Source: Octopus vulgaris (lineage: Eukaryota). From it: a DNA stretch of 64,000 nucleotides. The stretch spans positions 72,478,001 through 72,542,000 of the forward strand of contig OX597819.1 in assembly GCA_951406725.2 (NCBI GenBank), written 5' to 3'. Shown one piece after another: positions 26,284 to 41,308 of the stretch; the first letter of the stretch is position 1; every line of letters begins with the position of its first letter. The notes under the pieces are model-generated. The model did not search any database. It had not been told where the DNA came from and was given only the letters and a program-made list of their open reading frames with translations. The position numbers and the translations under genes are program-made.

Positions 26284-26695
26284 CAGGGTGCAGTGAATAA
26301 ATTGTCGTCTAAATTACACAAAAATGAAAATAACATTGACATCTCATTTAAACATATATATTTACCAAAATTACATAGAAATATCTTGAAATACTAAAGA
26401 GTAAATTTATTCAATAAAATCGCCATTCACTTCAACCACAGCCTTCAGACGACTTTGGAATCTCCTACAACTCCTCTGGACGGTCCCCTTAAGTTGGTGA
26501 ACGCTGCCATAATTCTTGCCTTGTTTGGTGTTACAAAGAGTTTTGTTGGTTTCTCGCTCAACCGCGCCGTACACATGATTAAGTGGGATGCAGCTGGTGA
26601 GTTAGGTGGCCAGATTTTACTGCTGATGTGGTCGCAGAAATTGTCTAACAGCCATGACTGGGTTATCCTGCTTGTGCGGCTCAATGCAGACTCCT
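26284..26695 (-). mobile_element. Tc1/mariner (maT-like) 3' fragment
   Basis: Reverse complement of 30070-30486; WPPNSP motif. Another TIR fragment lies at 34674-34760. Confidence 0.8.
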
Positions 26696-27959
26696 GTTTA
26701 TTTTTCAGAAATAGGGTCTTCCACTTGCACGAGGTGCCATGCAGTGAGTCTGAATCCAGAACCATGTGGTTGGAAAGCAAGCTTATTTCCACAGAGCCAC
26801 TCCTGTTCCTATAAATATAGGAGGGGGAGACCCCCTTCGGTCATGAATGACCATGGTATTGCACCTAGAAAGTTACCCTCCGAGGTACAAGTCCAGGCAA
26901 GATTGTTTATAGAAGACCAGCAGTTGCCCATGCATACCAGCCTCCTCTCTCCACGCCACTGATGTTATCCAAGGGAAAGGCAAAGGCCGATACAGCTTGG
27001 CACCAGTGACGTCGAAACTCATTTCTACAGCTGAGTGAACTGGAGCAACATGAAATAAAGTGTTTTGCTCAAGAACACAACAAGCAGCCCGGTCCGAGAA
27101 TCGAACTCACAACCTCACGATCGTAAGCTCGACGCTCTAACCACTGAGCCATGTGCCTTCACTTATATATATGATCACTGAAATCGAAAAACATTCCATA
27201 TAGCATCAATTAGAGAATGATGACTCATGCACAACAATACCAAACGAACAAAGAAAAAGCGTGCCAGGTCTGTACAGCTGAATCCTATAAAATCCTCTTC
27301 TCTAAAACTCAACAACTAAACCGTTACTCAGATTTATTCTCCTTCCGCAAACATAAAACCCTTTAAAACTCCAAGACATTTTAAGCTTGTAAATTTCTCC
27401 AATAGTCATTGCCGATCATTACCTTCCTCCTTCTCCTTCCTAAATATTAACCTACATACGTTAAATAATCCCCTTACTAACAACTATACTTCATATTCCT
27501 CCATTACGTTTCCCTACGTTCACTAAAATTAACTACAATCAGATAAAGTTATCTCCACCAAGATCTACAAAATGCTTTTACTTAACTAATTTTTAAAGAG
27601 TCACCCACGTCTGCAACAAATGGTTTCGTACATACAATCTCATTAACGGGTTTATATGCATCCCTGCACGTTGACTTTATATTCTTTTCTATTATAATCA
27701 CAAGGCCTGACATTTGGAGGAGGGGGATAGTCGATTAGATTGATCCCCAGTACTCAACTGGTACTTAATTTATCGACCCCGAAAGGATGAAAGGTAAAGT
27801 CGACCATGGCGGAATTTGAACTCAGAGCGTAGCGAAATGCCGCTAAGCATTTCGTCCAGCGTACTGCCAATTCTGCCAGCTCACTGCCTTACGTTGACTT
27901 TCTATTTGTACGAGTGTATGTGAGAGAGAGCTGTGGATGTGTGTGCGCGCGTGTACGTG

Positions 27960-28007
<48 letters not shown>

Positions 28008-29610
28008 TGTGTGTGTGTATGCGTGCATGTATGTGTGTGTGCGTGCATGCGTGGGTATATTAAGACCAAGGAAGGCCAAAATCACGAGATCTGGTAGTCA
28101 CAGATTATTTTCTTAAGAAACCCACTGACTATTCGTGATTGTGTGTATATCACTGGCAGAGATATCGTTACTATCTCCAGCGTCCGAGCGCCTACCATTG
28201 ACAAGGCCAAGGAAGGCTGAAAACACATGATCTAGTAGTCTCGGTGGTAGCGAAGGCGGATGATTTACCTATTCGCTAGCGATGTAAACAAAAATGCTTA
28301 TAAGCACCGAAAGCCAGCGTAAGAATTTCTCTTGTGGTAACTATCGCAATATTTCGTGTTCCAATACAACATCCACTTTTAAGTAGGGATAAATATCACC
28401 TTTTGGTAGCAATATTGCTTCTGTTGCTAATAATTATTTCATAAACAGTATTATATGCGTGTATGTGTAACAGCAAAGTTTTGGACATGTTACATCTTGA
28501 AATCATTTATATGTTTAAGTATAAACGTGAAACCCGCATAAAACCAACACGCCAGTGCGTGCATTCAAGTTTTTAGTTTTTATGATAATATATTTGTATT
28601 AGAAAGATGACTTAAATTTTCAATGTTCTATAAATTTGTTGAAATCGCTGAATAACAGACAAATTCTTTGAGAGCACTCTCGGTGAATTTTAACTATTTT
28701 AGAGGACAATAAAGCATTTCATTTAACGCTCTTAATTACCCTGATTTTAAAAAATATAACAAAGCCTTCCGGTACGAAAAGTGCCAAATATTTACTTTAT
28801 TTCGAGGTAGCGTTGCCATTTGTCAGTAGCTTCGATTCTTAACTTTCAAATGACGCAGTCCACTTAAACTATAAATTAGGAAACTGTGAATATATTCTAT
28901 GTTCGTCGGTGGGGGGTATGGTTGCAGGCTGCTTTATTAACTTACATTGTGGCCCTCAAATATTTCCATGCGTGGTATTTGGAGAATTTCTGCTCTTCCA
29001 GGTTAATTTGCCCTGGTAGACCATACGAAAGTTTGATGAAGTCTTCAAATATTACTTCTACACCCTAAAGGAATCTGGAACTAACAAGACCAGGTTCCTG
29101 ATCAATTTAGGTCACAATGACAAACAATGGTTAGCGTGTAATGGATGCGATGTTTGTACTTGTCGGAGAATTTTCTTTCCTCTGCTAATTTTAGAGAAAA
29201 TATTTTCGTTTGTTGGCCCTCAGACCTCTGTTACGTTATATTTCTCTGTTCCTTACACAGAGATCAATATCGAGTGCGTTGTGTTTGCGGTTACGTATTC
29301 TTTCAATAATTTAGCATACACACACAGACTGCAATATATAAATGTGTTTTAATCTCCTTGCTAAATATACGTATCAATAATTTGATTTCTATAAAACCTA
29401 ATTATAGGTTTACATTATAGAAATCTATTCACACTGTAATAAGCTGAAGTAGAAATTCTACCATCGAAATTATATCTATTAACTAACATTTAAAATAGTT
29501 CAAGAATTATAATCGTTATTGATTAACTGAGGAGAAAATGAATCTAGTTATATTTCAGTTTCTTATAATTTCTAAATCCTGATCGTTTGTAACTAATCGG
29601 TTTTTATATA

Positions 29611-30486
29611 CAGAGTGCGATGGGTAAATTGTCGCCATTTTATGCTTTTAATTTCGTGCATGTGCATTGTTTGTTTTTTTTTATTTTGTCGATTATACAG
29701 AATAGTAGAGTCAGTTGGGCACCGTCTATGAGAAAAAACAGCATCATGACGCAATTCACTCTGCCAGAAATTTGGAAACGACATGCAGTACTGTATGGCA
29801 TTCACGCCGGAAGCTCCAATATGAAAATTCCAGAGTGTTTGGGTGTCAATCTGAAGGCAGTGCAAACTGAGGACATGTACCGAGAGTGATGAAAATCAAG
29901 CATCCAGTCAGCATCGGCGTGTTTGGGGTGATCACTAGTGATGGCGACGTTATGCCTCCATTCATCTTCCCACATGGCCTCAGACTCAACACGAAGGCCT
30001 ACATCAAGTGCCTGGTGGAAGTAATGCTGCCCTGGGTGAAGAGGGTGGCTACTGGAAGACAACAGGCACCATGCCACACAAGCAGGAGAACCAAATAATG
30101 GCTGTCAGACAATTTCTGCGACCACATCACCCCTAACATCTGGCCACCTAACTCCCCAGACTGCCATCCCCTTGATTATTATGTGTGATTCGCAGTTGAG
30201 CGAGAGACCAACAAAACTCCTTGTAACACCAAAGATGAACTGAAGGCAAGGATTATGGCAGCATTCACCAACTTAAACAAGGAGACCGCCCAGAAGAGTT
30301 GCAGGAAATTCCAAAGTCATCTGGGATCCATGGCTGAAACCAATGGCGATTTTATTGAATAAATTTCCTCTTTAGTATTTCAAGATTTTTTTAATGTAAT
30401 TTTGGTAAATATATCTGTTAAAATGAGATGTCAGCGTTATTTTCATTTTTGCGTAATTTAGACGACAATTTATTCACCGCACCCTG
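29611..30486 (+). mobile_element. Internally deleted Tc1/mariner (maT/DD37D-like) transposon
   Basis: TA-CAGAGTGCG ... CGCACCCTG-TA ends; VFGVITSDGDVMPPFIF and WPPNSPDCHPLDYYV motifs. Confidence 0.85.
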
Positions 30487-31242
30487 TATAGGTAATGCGT
30501 TCTATCAAAGACATAAGGCCAGCAAGTTTAGTAGAGGGGTAAGTCATTTACCTCTGTTATAATTAGCCATCCAGAAATATTTAAATGAGCGATAACCTAA
30601 CTCTAGATTTGGAAGTAGGGCAGTTTAATTTCCCAGAATGCAATAATCTGAAAGAAGCAATAAGGGAACCTCAACATGGTTTTTTGACCTGCTAGAGACA
30701 GTAACTAAACTGCCCTCAAATCACATTCTAATGTTTTAATAAAAGGGGTAAAAAGAAAAACATTAGCTAACGTAAGTCTTGCGTGCGCAATGTCTGGGAA
30801 AAAAGATGGAATGGTCACAGCTAGAATGTCTTTAAACTAAGGGACTGCACGATAAGTGCTGTCCTGAGGCTAGACAACAACAACAACAACTATAAATGGA
30901 TAAATGAAGTTATTTCCTTTTGGAATCCTGGAAGTCAAATATTGACACGAACCCGGGGTATTGTGAATATTTATTGTTGATTATATTCGAAAGAGTCGAA
31001 AGAATCACATTAATTAAGTAGCGCCTAATTAGGATGTTATGATTCGTCTTGCTGCAGCCGTTTTGGCGCTGCCAATTTGGCGTCGCTGATTCGACGCTGA
31101 CTTATTTGACATCAGACGTTTTAATGTTTATTTCGTTCTATCTTTCCTTCTCTATCTCTCTCTCTCTTTCCCTCTGTCGCTCCTCTCTCTCCTTCCTTCC
31201 TTCCTTCCTTCCTTCTCTCTCTCTCTCTCTTCCACCGTCTCT

Positions 31243-31280
<38 letters not shown>

Positions 31281-32307
31281 CGTCACTCCTTCCTTCTCTC
31301 TCTCTCTGTTTATGCATCTTCACGTATTTCTCTTTATGTTCATGAGAAGAGAGAAAGTGTTTATATCAATCGTATTTAATTGATAAATTGTAATGTCTCT
31401 CTCTCTCTTCCTCCCTCTTCCTCCTTCTTTAACCCCCCCCTCTCTCACTCTATTTGTATACTCTTTTACTGTTTTTACATTTTTGCTTGTTTCAGTCATT
31501 TGACTGCGGCCACCTTTAGTCGAACAAATAGACTCCAGGACTTATTTTTTGCAATCCTAGTACTTATTCTATCGGTTTCCTTTGCCAAACTGCTAAGTTA
31601 CGAGAATGTAAGCACACCAGCTTCGGTTGTCAAGCGATGGTGGCGGGACAAACACAAACACACACATATACATATATGTGTATACGACGGGCTTCTTTCA
31701 GTTTCCATCTATCAAATCCACTCACAAGACTTTGGTCGACCCGAGGCTATACTAGAAGGCACTTGTCCAAGGTGCCACGCGTTGGGACTGAACCCGGAAC
31801 CATGTGGTTGGTAAGCAACTACTTACCCCACAGCCAATCCTGCGCCAAAGTGCATGTGTATATTTCTGCGCTTGCGTGCCTGCGTGCATGTGTATGTCTT
31901 TGTGTGTGCGTTTGTGAGTGTTTACCTCCAATGTCAAAAATTACTGTCGCCAAAACAAGCCGAAAGTCCAGTCAGCCGTGCCAAATCATTTGTGTCCAAA
32001 CAGCTGCGCCCTATAGTCTCATTCCGAACTAAATATAGATTCCTGCTTCTCAAAGTGGGCGTAGTCACCCTTTGATGGGTAAGTGCAGAGTAAAATTTCA
32101 TATGAAAACTGAGTATAAACGGTAGAAGTGAGGCAATAAATGTATCCATTGTTTTCTTTTAATTTTCAGGAAGTTTGCTTCCCAACCACATGGTTCTGGT
32201 TTCAGTCCCACCGTGTGACACCTTGGGCAAGTGCTTTCTAGTTATAACATTTGGCCGACCAAAGCTTTATGAAGGATCTGGGAGACAGAAACTGAAAGAA
32301 GCCCATC

Positions 32308-32387
<80 letters not shown>

Positions 32388-33025
32388 CTCCTTCGCCGAT
32401 ATATTAATGAAACATAAAATAATGTTAACAAACTCGAGGAAACAGAGAAATCGCTGCATTGATACAGAAATACCCCGTGTGATATTTGTCCGTCCGAGTT
32501 ATGTGCAGTAAACCAGTGATTAGCTCGTTGGTAACCTCTGCCCCCAATGGTGCCACTGTTCAGCAATTTCGATGTCAAAATAGATAAATAACTAAAATAA
32601 CGCTACGAGGAAGAAATATTTGAGGTGGAATTTGAACTGAGGACTTCAATGCAGTGTAACTGAATCTATCGCAAGACATTTGATCCGATTCTGACATTCT
32701 TTTACCTTCAACAAGAACAAGACCAGTGACGATGACGAGGAAGCGGAGGAGGGGAATAGTGTTAGTGGTGTGAGTGGTTATAATGATGATGATGATGAAC
32801 TTAGCGACGTCGTGTAATACATACCTTGAGATCATATACACTGACACAGAATCAAAACTAAACGATATCTTTTCTTATCAGAGAATGAAAACAGAACAAA
32901 AAGTTAAACTTCGACTGTAAATCAGATGACCTAATCACATGATATACGATCTCTCTGATTTTCCCCCACTCTCTCACCATACTCTGACATATCCGTTTTA
33001 TAAATTTATTGCGCTTAAAACACAA

Positions 33026-33063
<38 letters not shown>

Positions 33064-33229
33064 GTACTTCCAGTGGCATTTGTGCAACGCACTGTTACCC
33101 ATTTCTCGGAGTATATAGTATTTCAAGTTAGCTAACTCATCGGAATTCCCTCAGTTCTACGCTGTCTCCTGGGATTAAATGCGATGTCATCCGCGACAGC
33201 GCTCTTAAACCCATCTCTTTTGTCACAAT

Positions 33230-34378
33230 CTTTAGGGCCTCACAAATTTGCTTATTCATGTGGGTGACAACGAAATGGAAGCCTCCAAAGTGAAGGTGTC
33301 CTGGACCCTTGTCACAGCCTCCTTCGTCTCAGTGTCTTTAAAATGACATTGGAGAACAACCGTAAGTCACAGGGAGCTGAGTCTAGACTGTACGGAGGAT
33401 GAGGGAGAGGTTTGATGCCCATCCCTATCAAGGCATTGGTTATTAGGATTGAATTGTGAACTGGTGCATTGTCCTGGTGCAGGTTCCACAGTCTCGAATT
33501 AAAAAGTTCTAGCCTTTTGCAATGAAATCTCTTCTTGAACTCCCTCAAAACCCTCACAAAGTAGTCTTTGTTGACCATCTAGCTAGAGGGAACTTAGTGG
33601 ATGTAGATGATGCTCTTGCTGTGAACTTACTTTGCCTAGCCTTCTTGGATCTGGGGGAGCCAAGATGCTTCCATTGGGCACTCTGTCTCTTGGTCTCTGA
33701 ATCACAACAGTAGATCCAGCTTTCGTCGTATGTCACCAGAGACTCAAGTACTCTTGGACTGGAGGTAATAAACTCAGCTATCACCCTGCTGTTACCAACA
33801 AGTCTCTCCTTCTAATCATCACTGAGCAGTTTTGAAACAAACTTTGCATAAATTTTGTGCATATTCAGGTTTTCATGAATTATTCTGTGTTCAGTGGCCA
33901 CACCAACTCCAAACTGTATGCTTATTGTCTTTATAGACACATAACGACCTTCATCCAGAAAATTGCAAATTTTCTCAACCAACTCTGACGTTCTGGCAAT
34001 TCTTTACCTCCCACACCTCTCATCGTCTCTCACCTTCTCTCCATCATTCTCTTGTGTCAGTGAAAAACAGATGCTTGGCTCATACAAGTTAATCCATAAG
34101 CAGCCTAGAGCAGTTCATGCTGGTTTTCCGTAGCGTTCTTTCCAGGTTTAACACAAAACTTCATTGTCTTCGAGATTCGACTGTTGTGACAAGTAACGTT
34201 TAGTAAGGTCTGGTTAAAGTTCTGCTACAGCCTTCTCCTTCAATCTGGAATAAAAGTTGGTGGCAGGCTAGCTTATTAGACGTATTGTAATGACACTCTA
34301 AGATAATAATAATAATCTAGGACAGTCATAACTGCTTGTCCCAAAAAAGTCGCAAAACTTCAGGAATGCACCTCGTGT
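33230..34378 (-). mobile_element. Decayed mariner transposon
   Basis: LVTYDESWIY, HQDNAPVH and HPPYSLDSAPCD motifs. Confidence 0.85.
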
Positions 34379-34591
34379 CTCACAAACACACACACACACA
34401 CACACAAACATATCTACATATATACGTACATACATACGGTGGCGCCCCAGAATGACCATAGCTTTAAAGCTGAAACAATTTAACGATTTAAAGATACATA
34501 TATGTATACATACATATGTATCCACACACACACACACACACACACATATACATATATACATGCATACGCGAAGGATGTGCATATATGTATA

Positions 34592-34676
<85 letters not shown>

Positions 34677-34756
34677 GGTGCGATGAATAAATTGCCGTCT
34701 AAATTACGCAAAAATGAAAATAATGTTGGCATCTCATTTTAACAGATATATTTACC

Positions 34757-35082
34757 AAAACCTCTTCTAAGGCAACACCAACGTCCTCTCAACGATTAGT
34801 CAGAGATGATTTTTAAAATGAGAATATCTGAAATAAACTCGACTGCCCTCACAAACGAGAATACTGAAAATGAACCCGATCGCTCTCAAAAATTAAGTAC
34901 AAAAAACAGGAAAAATAATCCAGAATCCTTGTCCGGTACTGGATCGATCTCAAAATTTAATCAGTTTGTGCCAGCCACGAGGCCAGACAGTCCTGAAAGT
35001 TTCATCCGAATCCATCCAGGGGTTTTTGAGATTATCTTATCCACGGACAAACAAACAAACACGATTGAAGGCGGAGGTAATA
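34757..35082. mobile_element. Helentron/DINE-like non-autonomous element
   Basis: Copy of 195-505; ends GAAGGCGGAGGTAATAA. Confidence 0.6.
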
Positions 35083-35259
35083 AATCTAGTCATAACATTC
35101 GGAAAGGTTACTTTTTCCACGAAAATATAAAGAAAATAAAACGAACAAAGAATCAAAGGTTATTGAATAAAACATTTGAAACCAGGAAAATATTACGCCT
35201 GTCTAGGCATAGTTACTGAATTTATAATTATTTAGTTCTGTGTTTGTTTAATTAATTTC

Positions 35260-36115
35260 TAAAAAGGCTTGTCAGATTGCTTCATGGTCCTGGCAGACCA
35301 AACGGAAAAGGCGTTGCCCTGCAGAATGGTAAGGGAGGTGCGTTGGAACAGCCGCTCTGGCTCACGGGGCTTGCACTTGTGGACAGCCATCTCTGACCGC
35401 GGTGAGCAGGGATGTGGTCCGGAGGTCTCCACTGCCAGAGGCTCGACCATAAACCTATCAGAGAGAGACCGATATTTTAACAGTTTGCCTTTCTCAGTTT
35501 GACGAGCAGTGGAGCCTGGGCTGATAGCTGATCACACCAAGAGAAGGTGTCACAGCATGTGAAATCCCAGATGAAGAGTCCATTATCGCGGAACGAGAAA
35601 ACTGCCATACCGTCAGGTCTTTCACCATCTCCCTCAGTCCAGCCACGCTAGCTCGAGCTAAGGAGAGAAGCTTGCGACCTCTAGGTCATGCTTTATGAAC
35701 TCGTTAAGGACAGCATGGGGTGGTAGGTAGCCAACACTATGACAACATGACAATGGGTGGAGGTCGAAAGAATCCACAGTTGATCCGCAACGGCATTCAT
35801 GAGGCTCACAGACCTAGAGGACAAGCCTCAAGGAAACACTGATGTGCAGGAAGTCGCTACCAAGCTGAGTGGCAGTCACTACCAAGCTGGTACCACATTG
35901 AGCCAGACTCCGCTTTGGAGCCGGGAGGTTGAGCAGAAACGCACCAGACGGTGCTGGTCAAGTCGATGCACTAACTCGTCTGAGATCATGCTACACAGGA
36001 TGGTGTCTCATTTGTTTTGACACGACCGGACGTCCACAGAAGGGAAAGGAGGATGGACGTCCGCAGTGCGCAGACGGAGCTGGCTCCGTGTCACGTGGGC
36101 CATCTCGCACTTCCC
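35260..36115 (-). mobile_element. CRE-clade non-LTR retrotransposon 3' portion (zinc knuckle plus RLE)
   Basis: Minus-strand CRCGSTVD..H.LSC, ERPDG, IWDFTCCDT, EPLAVETSG, LFQRTSLTILQGNA; GC-rich. Confidence 0.8.
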
Positions 36116-36295
36116 GATCACACTAGGTTCAGTTGTGTTGTAGTGAATCCTGTTGTTAAGTACACAGCAAGAGGTCACCGACGAGAGAAAAGCCGACGAG
36201 GCCCGTGAGATAGGAGACCGGAGGCCGAGGCCGATATATTTAACTGGTAAGTTTAACAAACAGGTGTATTAGTTTGACACTCGGGAGGTGAGAAA

Positions 36296-36334
36296 GTCTT
36301 TTACGTTTCGTGCCTACGCTCTTCAGCAGAAAAG
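36296..36334 (-). ncRNA. Minimal hammerhead variant (same family as 52622-52659)
   Basis: TTT-CTGCTGA-AGAGCGTAGGCAC-GAAA-CGTA-AAAGA on the minus strand. Confidence 0.55.
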
Positions 36335-36964
36335 AACACGAGGAAGCCCCAGCATGGCCGCAGTGTAATGACTGAAGCAAGTAAAAAATAAAGATAAATA
36401 TACATACATATGTGCATATACGACGGGCTTCTTTCAGTTTCCGTCAGCCAAATCCACCCACAAAGCTTTGGTCAGCCCTAGGCCATAGTAGAAGACACTT
36501 GCCCAAAGTGTCTAGAACTGAACTTAGAACCATGTGGTTGGGAAGTAAACTTCTTACCACACAGCCACGCCTGCGCCTCATTAAGTTGATCGGCTTTAAT
36601 AGTTCTCTGCGATTGGTTTTCTCTGGGCCAATGTTTGTATAAGGGTTTGTATAAGAAATTATCTCTATATGAAATTGTTGCTACTAGGGAGATGGCATGG
36701 TTGGAATGGATTCAATCGTGGATTAACTGTTTATGTAAGCATATTTAACTTCGATAGCATAAAGCACCAGTCAAATACTGGACTCAATATGATTGACTGT
36801 TCCTTACTCAATAAAATCTTACTTATTTACTTCTGTAAGAAGCTGTTGTTGTTGTTGTATACACAACACCTTCATTGGTGGGAGGAGGTGGAATAACAAA
36901 GTGTCGTCTGTCCCCAACCAATGGATTAAAGTAACACTCATCATTCAGATTTCAAGAAATGTTT

Positions 36965-37990
36965 TTGCAGGGACATGATTCATACAGTTCCAAACAACTC
37001 CTTCTGTAGACGTTCTATCTTCACATTTACCCCTAATCTTTTCAATCCAATTTTATGTGCTTCGTAGTTCCCGGGCTCCAACGACGCCCATCTTTCTCAA
37101 TAACCACAGTCTTTTTCTCTCTTACTACAACTCATCATATCTGACCTGCTTCTCTTCTTCTCTTTCTGTCACCAACAGGGCATGCAATATCTATGATTAA
37201 ACCTGTCTCCCCACCTCTTTCTTCACAACTACTATATCCGGCTTTCAATCTTCAATTTCATCCCACAGTATTTTTACTTTATCGTTCTCGATTTCTCCTT
37301 GTTGGGTTCGCCCACACCACGTCTTTGTTCTATCCAATCCACACTTGTGACACAACCGCCAGGGAATCATTCATGCGAAATTATCGCGTCTTTTTTTAAC
37401 ATGCTTTTAGACCAGTTTCATCGCACTCATTCACAGTATGCCACACACCCTCTTCTTTATCTACGCACAAACTGCCATTATCACTTTCTGTGGTTTTGCC
37501 AATCCTGTGTTCGGTGAAATTTGTCCTCGGTACTTGTTCTGGCGGAACACAGATAAACGCTTCTCTCTCTCGCTGCATGTTTCTCTTCTTTTGCCAGTGC
37601 GGCCTTCCATCGGCATTTGTGTTCCTCATCTTTGGCAAACTGCCCCTACATTTTTTTACCACGCCATGTTCTTTCATCTCCTTTACTCTTTTTTTTCTCT
37701 TGGTACTCCTCTGTCTCCATGCAACTATCTGTCCTGATTATACCAGATATTCTCAAGAGAGCCATGGTGCTTTTGATATACCATCCCAGACTATTTTCTT
37801 CTGAGCAAATATACAACTCACACAATTGATTAGCCCTCGCCTACCTTCGTGCCTTGTTACACACAGTACGTCACTTCGCTCTTGACATGGAATGCTCAAT
37901 GCGTTACCTGTAGATTTCTCGATTTCCTTTCTGGTCTCCATAACTCCTCTCCTCTCCGACTCCGCCACACTTCAATAATGCACTCGCCCA
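36965..37990 (-). mobile_element. Heavily decayed R4/Dong-like RLE retrotransposon 3' region
   Basis: Remnant peptides VWHTVNEC, EIENDKVKILWD, KPDIVVV, IIDIACP, IERLQK. Confidence 0.75.
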
Positions 37991-38498
37991 TTAACTGGCT
38001 GAAACTCATTTCTTCCATTCAGTTTTTTTTTTTTTTTTTTTTGCCATTCCTTCTTTAGGGGTCAATAAAATAAAGCACCAGTCAAATACAGGGATCGATG
38101 CAATCGTATAAGTCCCCCTTCCTTCAGAATTGCTGGCCTTGTGCCAAATTTTTGAAATCGTTATTGTTGTCGTCATCATCATCATCACCATCATCGCTGA
38201 TTTTATCACTGTCATATCGTTGAAGATTACGTCACTCATATCTGAAAGAAACACTTGAGAAAATGGCTCAGTAAATATACTAAATGGTTTTATTGATCAG
38301 AATACAAAGACTATTTTTTGTATGATCATCTTGTCGGGCAGGTAAGACGGTATAAGCCGCAACATTAGGTGTGTCGAGTGAGACATTGACTTCCATTTGA
38401 CTGTCTTGCCTTTAATGATAAACCCACAGTCAACACTGCTTTCAAATAGCTTTATATTTTATAAAGTCAGCGAAGTGAAGTGCCTCTGCACCCATAAC

Positions 38499-38585
<87 letters not shown>

Positions 38586-39446
38586 TTATTTCTTTATTGC
38601 TGACAGACAGCTAAACACAGCGGGGACAAACAAAGACAGACAAAGGGATTAAGTTGATTAGATCGACCCCAGAGAGCAACTGGTTCTTATTTAATCGACC
38701 CGAAAGGATGAAAGGAAAAATCAACCTCGGTGGAATTTGAACTCAGAACGTAAACGACTTAGATGTGATTGTCGTATATTTTATAGTTATTTGGCATTTC
38801 ATGGTCTGTCACACATGTGTTTTACTGTTCATAGTTCATGTCAAAGAAATTTAATGGTTGTCATTGTGCATCTGAAGGTCATATGTGTGTGTGCGTGTTA
38901 GTGTGTGTGTTTGTGCCTATATATATACATACATGCATACACACACATATTCACACACAAACATACATATGTATATTTGTGGAAGTGCGTGTGTATGTAT
39001 TAAAAAGTGTCTATAAGGGTGGGGGTGTACGTATCTACACGCGCGCGCGCATGCACACACACACACACATACACACACGTATATATACAAAGGCGCGCGC
39101 GCGCACACACATATATATCCATACGCATATATACACACATACATATATACACATACACATACACACACACACATATATATACACACATACGTATATACAT
39201 ATGCATACATATATATATACATACACACATATATATATACATACACATATATATACCTATATATGTATATATACATACATATATATATATATACATACAC
39301 ACACATATATATGCATGCACACACATATATGTACATGCACACACATATATATACATACACACACATATATACACACACATATATACACATGCACATATAT
39401 ATACACACACATATATACACATACACATATATATGCATATATACAT

Positions 39447-41091
39447 ATTAGCTTAAGGTGACCCGCTCTACGCGCGGGTAAGAGTGTGGTTGTTACTTTC
39501 TGTTGCTTCCTTTCTGCTTTTTATCACTACATTCTCCCTCCTTTCTCTCTCACTTTCCCACTCTCTTACTCTTCATTTCTCTCGGACTCTCCCTCGCTTT
39601 CTCTTACTCTCTATTTTTCTTTATCTATCTGTCTCCCATTTATAAACAACAAAAGATCTTGAGTAAGTTGAGAAAGTAAATATTTTGAAATTTCAATCAT
39701 AAATATCAGGCAGTGACAACGGAAAGGTCTGCTTCAAGGCAGACAGCAAAATACTAACATTTTATAGGGACAGACGAACTTGCGAGCTGAATAAAAATAT
39801 TGGAAACCAAAGTTTGAGGGGAGAGAATCTGAGGATAGTAGAGTCACCATGGCTGGCATTTCTTAACGACGAACAGCAACGTAGTGGCAGTTTAACGGCT
39901 GGCGTAAAATTTTGAACTTGATGTAAAAGAAAATTCCTAAACACCAAGTTTTGAAGTGATTTTTTCTCACTACAGTAGACTCACCATGGCAAGCATTCAA
40001 AACTTCTTCATCATGGACGGCAACACATTGATGATTTAAAGGCTGGCGCAAATTGTTTAGCTTGATGTAACAGGGAATTCCTAAATACCCGCTCCTGTAA
40101 ATTTTAATCCCCTTCAAGCCCCATTTAGACCTCTTTTCACGTTTTGGTTAATATAACCCGATTTCATTCGGGTCTACTCGGGCCACATTTTATAAGATGA
40201 GGAATTTTGTTCTAGAGGTCGCACCTTTCATTTGAAGGAAAAAATAGTTGCCATGCAAACTCGCCAGCACTTTTAACATAGGTGTGCATATTTTCAGCTC
40301 AACCGACCACATAATGCACATATTATATATATATATATATATATGTATATATGTACATATATACGCATTATATATATATATATGTGTGTGTGTGTACGCA
40401 TTATATATATATGTGTGTGTGTTTACGCAATATATATACAAATTATATATATATAAATACAGATATATACACTTTGTATATATACATTATATATACATAT
40501 TTATATACAGAACACACACACACACATATAAATTAACCCAATAAATATCTGATACATAATATTTGTTCTCATGATTTTGTGATGGTGGTGGTGGTGGCGA
40601 TGATAATTCTCTTTATGAATGCAGACAGACGTAGAGAGAGAGAGAGAGACAGCGCTGACGAAGGAAAGATAGTAGACGCTATCAAATGACGTTATAGAGA
40701 GAAAGTGAAAGGAAGGGAGGAGAGAGAGAGAGAGATGGAGGAAGACAGGCAGACAATAGAATGCGATGGCGGCGAGGGAAAGATAATAGATGCTGTGAAA
40801 CGACGTTATAGATAGAACGTGAAAGGAATGGAGGAAAGAGAGTTAGTGATGGGGGAAGACAGATACATAAAAGAATGAGAGTAGACTTGTCAGAGTACGT
40901 TTTTGGCACTAGCAACGACACCTTTTAAGATGGGGGTTTCTAACCTAGCCCACTTGTATCCTCTCCTCATTTTACATGTTCCTGTAAATTTTGGAGTCAA
41001 TCCGACGGGATCTAGTGACCTTTAACCCGTTCTCAATGCCAAAACCAGACAAACAAACAAACTTTTCGCATTTCAGAATTATAATATACAG
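39447..41091 (-). mobile_element. Non-autonomous Helitron (about 1.6 kb)
   Basis: Minus-strand 5' TCTGTATATTATAA start with (TTTG)n; 3' hairpin ACCCGC..GCGGGT just before a CTAA end. Confidence 0.6.
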
Positions 41092-41265
41092 ATATATATG
41101 TTAGAAGTACTGGGGGGTGATGTACGGATTTAATATATATGAAAGAAAAAAGATGTTTTTTTTTTTATTTATATATCATATATTATTACTTCATATTAGG
41201 GCTTTCAACTACTCCTGTAGTTTCATCAGAAATATCAGTTTTAAAAGTTTTGCCTTTAAAACGGA

Positions 41266-41308
41266 CATTTCTGATGAAACTACAGGAGTAGTTGAAAGCG
41301 CTAATATG
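41266..41308 (+). ncRNA. Minimal type I hammerhead motif (mirror copy on - at 41192-41234)
   Basis: CATTT-CTGATGA-AACTAC-AGGA-GTAGTT-GAAA-GCGC-TA-ATATG: perfect 6-bp stem II and palindromic stem III. Confidence 0.82.
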
